Source of the DNA: Bdellovibrionota bacterium
Lineage (GTDB): Bacteria > Bdellovibrionota > UBA1018 > UBA923
Length of the DNA stretch: 29,158 nucleotides
Direction: 5' to 3'
Assembly: GCA_040754655.1 (NCBI GenBank)
Contig: JBFMCE010000053.1
Span: forward strand, 1-29,158
Shown: one piece after another, positions 8,448 to 17,579 of the stretch
Numbering within the stretch: position 1 is the first letter of the stretch
How the letters are laid out: every line of letters starts with the position of its first letter
Program-made: the position numbers and the translations under genes
Notes under the pieces: model-generated
Database searches by the model: none
Told to the model about the DNA's origin: nothing
The model's input: the letters and a program-made list of their open reading frames with translations, nothing else

Positions 8448-8980
8448 TCTTCAACTGCGCACTTGCGGATAAGGTCGGCGATCTCGCGAACCGCGCCAAA
8501 ACCCCCGGGTTCGACGGTGATGTAATGAACAGCCTCTTTCACTTCGACCACGGCATGGGGAACTGTTGCAGAAAATCCCACTGCCTTCAAGACTGGAATA
8601 TCGAACAGGTCATCGCCGACAAAAGCCATTTGCTCATGCTTTAGCCCGGTCGCTTTCACGATCTTCTCTAATGCTATGATCTTGTTCTCATCACCTAAAT
8701 AACAATGCTTTATACCCAGGAACTGAGCGCGCTCCCGCACTGATTTTGAATCGCCGCCGCTAATGACCGCGACGTCGATGCCCGACCTCATGAGCAGCTT
8801 CAAGCCATACCCATCTTTTACGCTGAAAGCCCTTGTCCATCCGGTGCCTTCAATCCACCAAATACGGCCATCGGTCATGACTCCATCGACATCAAGGATG
8901 AGCATTTTGATGCGTTTCAATCGATTGCGCAAATCGCCGGACAAGCTTGTGAAAGGGTCATTGTGGATGGTTTTGGTCAT
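8444..8980 (-). CDS. kdsC: KDO 8-phosphate phosphatase (HAD)
   Basis: LDVDGVMTDG, FSVKDGYG, VGDDLFD. ATG 8980 with a GAGAG SD is preferred over TTG 8998. Confidence 0.93.
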   Translation of the reverse strand: MTKTIHNDPFTSLSGDLRNRLKRIKMLILDVDGVMTDGRIWWIEGTGWTRAFSVKDGYGLKLLMRSGIDVAVISGGDSKSVRERAQFLGIKHCYLGDENKIIALEKIVKATGLKHEQMAFVGDDLFDIPVLKAVGFSATVPHAVVEVKEAVHYITVEPGGFGAVREIADLIRKCAVEE

Positions 8981-9062
8981 AATTTTTCTCTCTATCAAGG
9001 GTATCGCGCCGGAAACCGGAATTAAAGCAGATAAAAGATTCCTAGTTCATGGGAACGCCTTC

Positions 9063-10124
9063 TCAGGTTCCCTTGGCAAGCTTCACGTAGGCCCTCGAGA
9101 AATCAATGAACCGAGCGTCTGGGTTTGCCCAGTTCAATCGAGACTCAATAAATGTCGGCCAGAACGAATCGCTCAAAGACTCTATTTTAGTTCTCACCCA
9201 TTCCGGCAAATCAAACGCCAAACCTGTGGTTCTTTCGAAGACCATCGCCGCCATGAGGGCGGCCCAAAACCAATCAGGCTTTGCGAACAACCCCTGAATT
9301 TGCTTTAACCGCGCCCAATCCAAATTGCCGCGTTCTTGATCGAGAACCATGACAAGATCGAGAAGGTGAATCGCGCTGCCGAGAAGCCCTTCAATGGCGA
9401 ACCTTCTAATCGACATCAATAAAAGATCTGTCCTGTCGAGTTGCAAAGCACCCGGTATTTGCGAAGAAGCTGTCGCTCTATCCCACATGCTGCGCTCGAC
9501 ATCGGTCGACCAGTTCTTGGCCGATTCCCATAGAACGCCGTGAAGTTGAACCGAATGCTCAACACCCATGGTTACTTTCGCGAACCGGTACCCCTCATTC
9601 TTGTCGCGGCTCGAGTAACCAGAGGTTTCCAGAATTTTCGTTATTGAATCGCGCGCGCTCAAGGTCGGAGTCCAAAGAGTAAGTTCTTGAACCATCCTCG
9701 GATTGCTGGCGCCCGCTCCCCAGCGCTCATAGAGCGGTCTTGCTTGGGAATCTCCAATGAGGATCACCGCAGATCCAAGTTGCGGGCCAAACAACCAACT
9801 CATCTCTTGCGAGATGATCTCGTTTCTGCGGCGAGCGACCTCGACTTGCTCGTAAAATCCTTGCCCTAAAATCGGTTCGAGGGCCTTTCCAAAAACCGTG
9901 ACCACCAAACCATGCAGTCGATTCTGAAAGAGAACCTGGCGCAACACTTCTGCTGTTTCTGGCGTGATGTTTTGCAACCTGGGAAGCTCTGCGGTCGTAC
10001 TAGGACCCGCTAAGGCCTTCCAAACGACACTATTCACCCATTCCTGAATGACGATGTCTTCAGTGCCCCACTTTTGACGCTCAAAAACCTTCTCGCTGGA
10101 TGGTTTTTTCGCTTTGGCTTTCAT
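9063..10124 (-). CDS. NTP_transf_5-like nucleotidyltransferase family protein with degenerate catalytic motif
   Basis: Pattern ILIG...LY...PRMVQELTLW / VQLH / MWDRA / DLLL / LLDL / LDWARL follows the family layout; ATGA overlap with the kdsA stop. Confidence 0.6.
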   Translation of the reverse strand: MKAKAKKPSSEKVFERQKWGTEDIVIQEWVNSVVWKALAGPSTTAELPRLQNITPETAEVLRQVLFQNRLHGLVVTVFGKALEPILGQGFYEQVEVARRRNEIISQEMSWLFGPQLGSAVILIGDSQARPLYERWGAGASNPRMVQELTLWTPTLSARDSITKILETSGYSSRDKNEGYRFAKVTMGVEHSVQLHGVLWESAKNWSTDVERSMWDRATASSQIPGALQLDRTDLLLMSIRRFAIEGLLGSAIHLLDLVMVLDQERGNLDWARLKQIQGLFAKPDWFWAALMAAMVFERTTGLAFDLPEWVRTKIESLSDSFWPTFIESRLNWANPDARFIDFSRAYVKLAKGT

Positions 10125-10942
10125 TGGGTTTCGCAGGCATTCCGAATACGTTGCAAAGACTCCAAGAAGGCTGACACCTCTTTAAGAGGAAAAGCATTGG
10201 CGGCATCGCTCTTGGCTTCGCTGGGACGAGGATGGGTCTCGATGAAAAGCCCGTCGATGCCCACGGCGACCGCGGCTCGAGCCAGGGGTGCGATGAATTC
10301 CCTTCGCCCGCCAGTGACTTTGCCTCCCTGGGCGCCACCGGGCAATTGCACAGAATGAGTGGCGTCAAAGATCACGGGCACGCCGTTCTGCCTCAAAATC
10401 GGAAAACTCGTCATATCGACGACGAGGTTGTTGTAACCAAAAGAAGAGCCTCGTTCAGTCAACCAAAGCCACCGCGGCTTGCGCTCTGAAGTTACCGCTT
10501 CGACCTTCTCAACCACGTTCGCCATGTCCCAAGGCGCCAGAAACTGGCCCTTCTTCACGTTAAGTGAAATACCGTTTTTATGCGCTTGCCGCGCGGCTTC
10601 TTGAATAAGATCGGTTTGCCTGCACAAAAACGCCGGGATTTGCAAGGCATCCACGACCTTCGCGGCTGCTTCGCATTGGCCAGCCTCGTGAACATCAGTG
10701 ATCACCTTAAGACCGAATTTTTTCTTGATCTTGCCCAGCATTTCAATTCCGCGCTCCAAGCCAGGCCCCCTGAAAGAGTCATGGGCGCTTCTATTTGCCT
10801 TGTCGAATGAGGCCTTGAAGTAAAGCTCCCATCCTTTGAACGGTTGGACGGCTTCCTTCAGCCACCCGGCTACTTCATCAAGCAGGCCTTCAGACTCGAT
10901 CACGCAGGGGCCTGCTATGAGGATGAAAGGTTTGTCCGCCAT
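10121..10942 (-). CDS. kdsA: KDO 8-phosphate synthase (metal-dependent type)
   Basis: IAGPCVIE, KASFDKANRS, QIPAFLCRQTDL, KKGQF, FDATHSVQ. Confidence 0.97.
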   Translation of the reverse strand: MADKPFILIAGPCVIESEGLLDEVAGWLKEAVQPFKGWELYFKASFDKANRSAHDSFRGPGLERGIEMLGKIKKKFGLKVITDVHEAGQCEAAAKVVDALQIPAFLCRQTDLIQEAARQAHKNGISLNVKKGQFLAPWDMANVVEKVEAVTSERKPRWLWLTERGSSFGYNNLVVDMTSFPILRQNGVPVIFDATHSVQLPGGAQGGKVTGGRREFIAPLARAAVAVGIDGLFIETHPRPSEAKSDAANAFPLKEVSAFLESLQRIRNACETQ

Positions 10943-10944
10943 AC

Positions 10945-12570
<1,626 letters not shown>

Positions 12571-13305
12571 TTACACTAGCATCGCGCGACGCACGAATTC
12601 AAGGTCTTCATGAGTATCAACGCCGGGAGTTGCATGATCGGCTTGAGCTACCCCTATCGGAATACCATAATAAAGCGCTCGCAATTGCTCTAACGACTCC
12701 GCGGCTTCCCAAGGAGAGGGTTTGAATTCAGTGAATTTCAACAAAATCTCTCGGGTATAAACATACACGCCAAGATGATGGCGAAGAGCGGCTTGAGAAA
12801 AGTCGCCCGGCAGCGCGCCTCTTGAATAAGGTATTGGAAACCTTGAGAAGTAAACCGCCCGCTCATCGGCCGCAACCAAAACCTTCACTACGTTGGGATT
12901 GCGCAAAGCAGCCTCATCTTTAAGCGGGGCCGCTGGGGTTGTTATCGGGAATCGGCCGCTTTGGACAAGCTCGACACACCTCTCAACGCACTTTGGATCG
13001 AGCATAGGCTCATCGCCTTGCACGTTGACGAAAATACGATGCCGCTTTTGCCGCGCCACGGCTGCGACCCTGTCGGTACCCGAATTCAGTGTCGCGGGCG
13101 TCATGACCGCTTCACCACCGAATTTGACCACAGCTCGAAAAATCTTTTCATGATCGGTGGCGACAATCACATCGCTCACGTCCCTGACCTGGCATGCGCG
13201 TTCATACACGTGCTGAACCATGGGTTTGCCATTGATGTCGAGAAGAGCCTTTTCGGGCAAACGAGTGCTTCCCAGTCGAGACGGGATCACGATACAAACT
13301 GACAT
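12571..13305 (-). CDS. kdsB: CMP-KDO synthetase
   Basis: IPSRLGSTRLPEK, SGTDR, VNVQGDEP, YFSR, ESLEQLRAL. Confidence 0.97.
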   Translation of the reverse strand: MSVCIVIPSRLGSTRLPEKALLDINGKPMVQHVYERACQVRDVSDVIVATDHEKIFRAVVKFGGEAVMTPATLNSGTDRVAAVARQKRHRIFVNVQGDEPMLDPKCVERCVELVQSGRFPITTPAAPLKDEAALRNPNVVKVLVAADERAVYFSRFPIPYSRGALPGDFSQAALRHHLGVYVYTREILLKFTEFKPSPWEAAESLEQLRALYYGIPIGVAQADHATPGVDTHEDLEFVRRAMLV

Positions 13306-13391
13306 GCCCTTAGCTTTAACACAGATTTGGCCATAATAATCGATTTAGTGTCGCAGGGACATGAAGTGATTGAGGGCCGCCAGTTGATACG

Positions 13392-14756
13392 TTAGGCCGC
13401 TTTTTTCTCGGCGATATAGACGCTGTTTCGAGTCGATCGTTTGACGCTGTACATGGCGTTGTCAGCCGCTTCGATGATGTCGCGCTTGCTTATGGCGTGT
13501 TCAGGACATGAAGCGACTCCGATGCTCACGGTGAGCCTGATATTGAGCGACTCCTTTGCAAGAAAGTAGTTTCCTTCGACTCCCTCACGGATGCGCTCGC
13601 CAACGGACTCGGCCAAATCGGTCGCCGCATCGTCAAGCAAAACGACGAACTCATCACCGCCGTACCGAAATGCGACATCTCCTTTGCGCAGGTTGCTTCT
13701 GATGATCTCTCCCATCTCAAAGAGCAGCTTCGTGCCCACGAGGTGGCCGTGAGAGTCATTGATGCCTTTAAACCTATCGACATCGATGAAGAGCACCGAG
13801 AACTTTTTCGTTTTATCTTTTTCCCAGCGCTCAAAGTATTGGTCGAGGCAAAGATGCAAGTATCGCGTGTTATAGAGGCCTGTCGGCTCGTCAAGATAGA
13901 GCAAGTGCCTGACGCCGCGGTAGTTTTGGATATTTCGCCCGGTCATCTGGATCTGGGCCTGCAGGAGCCTGAATCGCGAATCCACCTCATCCGAGGGAGT
14001 AGTCCAGTTCGGCGCGATGCATACGGCAAAGTATTTCGCGTCGCCAACGCACCTGAATTCAAAGATCGCGATCTCGGGCGCGCCGTTCGATTTCGTGATG
14101 ATCCGCATCGGGTGCTTTTCACCATCGCTCGACTTCAAGAGATTGTGCCGATCCACCAAAACTTCCACCACATCGACATCGGCGTCTGAAGCGGTCTTGA
14201 CGTAAGAGGTCTTGTTTCCGGACGCCTTATAGAGAGCCAAGCCGCTGCAGCCGGTTTCCCTTCTGAGGTAGCTTGTCACGGAATCAAAAATCTTCTCTTC
14301 CTCTAGGCAACCCGAGATGAGCTGGCAGCAATTAAGAAGCAACATCAACCCGGTGACGATCTGATCGCCCGTGTAAAGATCTCGTCGATCGAGGCACCTT
14401 CGCACCGCGAGCTTGAAATGCTCCGGGTTATAAGGTTTCTTGAAATACTCATCTGCGCCGTACCGAAGGGCCTTCACGGCTTCCTCGATCGTCGCGAACG
14501 CGGAAGTCAAAATCACGCTGGTGGATGGAGAACCTCTCTTCACGCGCTCAAGAACCGTCAACCCATCCATGTCACCGATGCCGCAATCAGCGATCACCAG
14601 TTGGTAGTTGGTGCGCGATACAAGTTCAACGGCCCTTTCCCCAGAGTTGGTCGAGTCGACCTTGGCTCTAACGACGTCTCGAATCAGCTCCATCGCCAAT
14701 TCGGTTTGCCTTGAATCACTCTCGACGATCAAAACGTTGGGGGTAGAAAGTGCCAT
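13392..14756 (-). CDS. REC-(middle domain)-GGDEF dinucleotide cyclase, Hypr/GacA-like (candidate 3',3'-cGAMP synthase)
   Basis: REC domain with D57 and KP; DEPTGLYN; DVDRFKGINDSHGHLVGT (Thr342 at the conserved Asp); RKGD I-site; RYGGDEF. Confidence 0.9.
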   Translation of the reverse strand: MALSTPNVLIVESDSRQTELAMELIRDVVRAKVDSTNSGERAVELVSRTNYQLVIADCGIGDMDGLTVLERVKRGSPSTSVILTSAFATIEEAVKALRYGADEYFKKPYNPEHFKLAVRRCLDRRDLYTGDQIVTGLMLLLNCCQLISGCLEEEKIFDSVTSYLRRETGCSGLALYKASGNKTSYVKTASDADVDVVEVLVDRHNLLKSSDGEKHPMRIITKSNGAPEIAIFEFRCVGDAKYFAVCIAPNWTTPSDEVDSRFRLLQAQIQMTGRNIQNYRGVRHLLYLDEPTGLYNTRYLHLCLDQYFERWEKDKTKKFSVLFIDVDRFKGINDSHGHLVGTKLLFEMGEIIRSNLRKGDVAFRYGGDEFVVLLDDAATDLAESVGERIREGVEGNYFLAKESLNIRLTVSIGVASCPEHAISKRDIIEAADNAMYSVKRSTRNSVYIAEKKAA

Positions 14757-14765
14757 CGTGTTTCC

Positions 14766-16409
14766 TTAAGCTGCGTTGGTGTCCTTATCCAACTGAGGGG
14801 GCTTCTCAGCGCTCGACTGTTCCGCGTCGGTTTCGATGATTCCGAGCGCAAGCCTTAAGACTTTTGCGATCCTCTCGAGTTTGTCTTGACCGGCTCTCAT
14901 GTTTTGTTTTTCGATTTCGAGTTTGTCTTGAAGGGTGTCGTAATTAAACTCAAGCAAGTCGATTTTTCGTTTAAGTTCGAGAATCTTGTTCTCCCGCGCG
15001 GAGATCAGGGTTTCACTGTCTTTCTTCAAGATCTCGAGCTTGCTTTCAAGCTCTTTTTCCCGAACCCTGATCTTTCGAATGTCGAGCCTTACTCGTTCCT
15101 TCAGTTTTTCATACTGCTCCGCTGAATCCGTGAGTTTTTCTTCAAGGAACTTGATCCGGTCGATTTTTGTTTTGACCTCGAACCGAAGCTGCTCAAGATC
15201 TCCTTCGCGGCTTTTGCCCGCATGCCTAAGCTCTTCCTGCTGTTGCGAATGCTTTCTCTTCAGGTCCGCGAACTGATGCGCCAGATCCTCGTTCTGAAGA
15301 TTGAGCCTCTTGATCGTCTCTTCAGATTTGGCGAGTTCTTCTTTGGCATAAGAGAGCTGAGCGGTAAGCACTGCGATGTCTTGCTCGCGCATCGACACGT
15401 ATTTTTTCAGGGCGTCGGCGCCGTCGGACTGCTCTGCAGAGTTGAATTGTTGAAGCAGTTGTCCCCTTGTGCCTTCAAAGTTATTCACCAACGGTATTTG
15501 TTGATTGCCTTGATGCAACGATTGGCCGGCGAAAAGATAGGGCAGGTCCTTCGCCGCTTCTTCCTCACTGACACCCGCGGCGCCCACTTCGGCGATCACC
15601 GAATCGTTTTGCAAAGGCGCCAGGGGTACTGGTTTTTGCTCCTCGAGAGACAGTTTTATGCTTGGATTTGATTGCTGGCCCTTGGCCTTCTCTAGAGGTT
15701 TGTCTGCATCCGCGAACGAAACACGCAACCCCGTGCCCTCAAGCTTTACTTCCGCGACGGGAATATCGATGCCACTCAGCTCTGAAACTGGCGCCGCAGG
15801 AGCCGATTCCACGATGTCACCAGGCGTGGATTCCTCTTCATCGTCAAAAACATTGGCGGGCATCTCAAGATCGAGGTCGCCGGGAAGTTCTTCTTTGATG
15901 TTCAAGAGCTCATCGGCCTGATGCAAAGTCACGTTCGACGCGGAAAAACTCGCGGTACTTTTGGTGCCTGCCGCCTGCACGACTTTCGATTCGGTCATGA
16001 CGGTTGCAGCAGGTTTTGTCTGGGCAAGCTTTTGACCCGTGACCGCCTCGATCACGGAGACAAGCTCTTCCAGCGGCGTCTTCTTGTTGAAATAGGCGTT
16101 TGCACCCGATTCCGTCTTCTGATGGCGGGCGAAGTCTACTTTTTGCCAAAGGGCGGATAAGATGATGTAAGGCACATCCGACGTATGCGCGTCTTTTCGT
16201 ATCGTTCGCGCCAATTCCAGGCCAGCCTCGCCCCCTTCCACAAGCTCGCGCGAAATCAAAACGATGTCTATTGCCGCCGGGTCTTGTTTTATAGCCTGGA
16301 GCGCGGCTTCAACCTGGGCAAAAACCACGCACTCCACGCCGCCTTGTGAACAGCGCCGGGCAAAAACAGAGCTAAACGACGGATCACTGTCAACCACTAT
16401 GATCTTCAT
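14766..16409 (-). CDS. FrzS-like pseudo-receiver + acidic linker + long coiled-coil protein
   Basis: REC fold with Ser53 at the phospho-acceptor position, FARHQKTESGANAYF segment, ~190-aa heptad-rich C-terminus ending in LRLALGII. Confidence 0.75.
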   Translation of the reverse strand: MKIIVVDSDPSFSSVFARRCSQGGVECVVFAQVEAALQAIKQDPAAIDIVLISRELVEGGEAGLELARTIRKDAHTSDVPYIILSALWQKVDFARHQKTESGANAYFNKKTPLEELVSVIEAVTGQKLAQTKPAATVMTESKVVQAAGTKSTASFSASNVTLHQADELLNIKEELPGDLDLEMPANVFDDEEESTPGDIVESAPAAPVSELSGIDIPVAEVKLEGTGLRVSFADADKPLEKAKGQQSNPSIKLSLEEQKPVPLAPLQNDSVIAEVGAAGVSEEEAAKDLPYLFAGQSLHQGNQQIPLVNNFEGTRGQLLQQFNSAEQSDGADALKKYVSMREQDIAVLTAQLSYAKEELAKSEETIKRLNLQNEDLAHQFADLKRKHSQQQEELRHAGKSREGDLEQLRFEVKTKIDRIKFLEEKLTDSAEQYEKLKERVRLDIRKIRVREKELESKLEILKKDSETLISARENKILELKRKIDLLEFNYDTLQDKLEIEKQNMRAGQDKLERIAKVLRLALGIIETDAEQSSAEKPPQLDKDTNAA

Positions 16410-16417
16410 CGTTCAAT

Positions 16418-16445
16418 ATATCGGCAGTTCACGAACGGAAGTTGA
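16418..16445 (-). promoter_or_regulatory. Putative sigma28 (FliA)-type promoter
   Basis: Minus strand TCAAC-N15-GCCGATAT, then 8 nt to the ATG at 16409. Confidence 0.55.
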
Positions 16446-16470
16446 CAACGAAAACTCAGCATTGTTCAAT
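16442..16470 (+). promoter_or_regulatory. Putative sigma70-type promoter
   Basis: TTGACA (16442-16447), N17, TTCAAT (16465-16470); ATG 16481 follows 10 nt later. Confidence 0.55.
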
Positions 16471-16480
16471 GTTTAGAAGC

Positions 16481-17218
16481 ATGTCTGAGATCAAAGTTCT
16501 TCTCTACAAAGAAAACAACACCCCGCGAAGCATCGCATTAAGCACTGGAATGATTTACAGAACTTTGATCGCCGCGTGCATCTTCGGCATTTTGATTCTT
16601 CTAAGCGTCGCTTTGGCAGCAAAATACTACGTGTTGAACCGGGCAAAAATGTCCCACTCCCTGGCAACGGAGGTCACGAGTTCAGACCGCGAAATCGGCC
16701 CTTCCAATTCGACCGAAGATCAAGTGCGAACGCTGCGAGATCAAGTCGACCAGCTCAACGCCCAGTTGATCAATGCAAACGCCACGAAAGCGGCGCCTCG
16801 GGAACTGGATAAGAAAAACCCGGCGCTTGCCCTGTTCACGCCCATCATCACGGATCACGCTCAAAAACAGGAACAGGTAACGATCGGCAATTTCAGGTAT
16901 TCGAAAACCAATGGCAAGTCTCCGGCGACACTCACCTTCGAGCTGCACAACGCGCATCCCGGAGAAACAACCGAGAAAGGCTATATCGTAGTATTGGCGA
17001 GAACAGACAACGCTCTTCATGCTTATCCCAATGCCTTCAGCACCACGGCACCCTACTTGCTCGATTTCGAAAAGGGCGAAACCTTTCAAGTGGCTCGCTT
17101 CCGACTGGTGAACGCCCAATTCAATGTTGACGCTCAACGCTTCCAGGTTTTGATTTTTACGCGCAAAGGAGAGTTGCTCATCAACATGCTTCATGAGGTG
17201 AAGAGCAGTGGAAGCTGA
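16481..17218 (+). CDS. Single-pass membrane protein with coiled coil and beta-rich C-terminal domain (possibly DUF6776-like)
   Basis: TM segment LIAACIFGILILLSVALAA, coiled coil QVRTLRDQVDQLNAQL, beta-rich C-terminus; overlaps the bactofilin start by 11 nt. The track's TTG 16442 is the -35 box; ATG 16469 is an alternative start. Confidence 0.65.
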   Translation: MSEIKVLLYKENNTPRSIALSTGMIYRTLIAACIFGILILLSVALAAKYYVLNRAKMSHSLATEVTSSDREIGPSNSTEDQVRTLRDQVDQLNAQLINANATKAAPRELDKKNPALALFTPIITDHAQKQEQVTIGNFRYSKTNGKSPATLTFELHNAHPGETTEKGYIVVLARTDNALHAYPNAFSTTAPYLLDFEKGETFQVARFRLVNAQFNVDAQRFQVLIFTRKGELLINMLHEVKSSGS

Positions 17219-17579
17219 TAGCTTGAACATCATCACAGCCGGGACGAAGCTAGATGGCACGGTCGAATTCAAGGACTATACCCGTTTTGAAGGGTTCATT
17301 TCAGGGACGTTGCGCGGCCTGCCCGGCAGCGAAGTGGTCATTGGTGAGCAAGGGGTCATCGAAGGCAGCGTCGAAGGCGATATCTTGATCATCGATGGTT
17401 TCGTGCGCGGCACGATCACCGCCACGACGAAGGTCATCATCAGCGAAACCGGGCGCGTGATCGGCGAGATCCATTCACCCAATATCGCGATCAAGTTTGG
17501 CGGTTACTTTGACGGCTCCTGCGCCATGGACTCTCTCAAAGATACTTCCGCGGAGCCTCTTGCCGATACTTCATCTTAG
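17208..17579 (+). CDS. Bactofilin (polymer-forming cytoskeletal protein)
   Basis: IITAGTKLDGTV, VVIGEQGVIEGSV, IIDGFVRGTI, GRVIGEI, GGYFDGSCAM beta-helix repeats; GTG start. Confidence 0.93.
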   Translation: MEADSLNIITAGTKLDGTVEFKDYTRFEGFISGTLRGLPGSEVVIGEQGVIEGSVEGDILIIDGFVRGTITATTKVIISETGRVIGEIHSPNIAIKFGGYFDGSCAMDSLKDTSAEPLADTSS

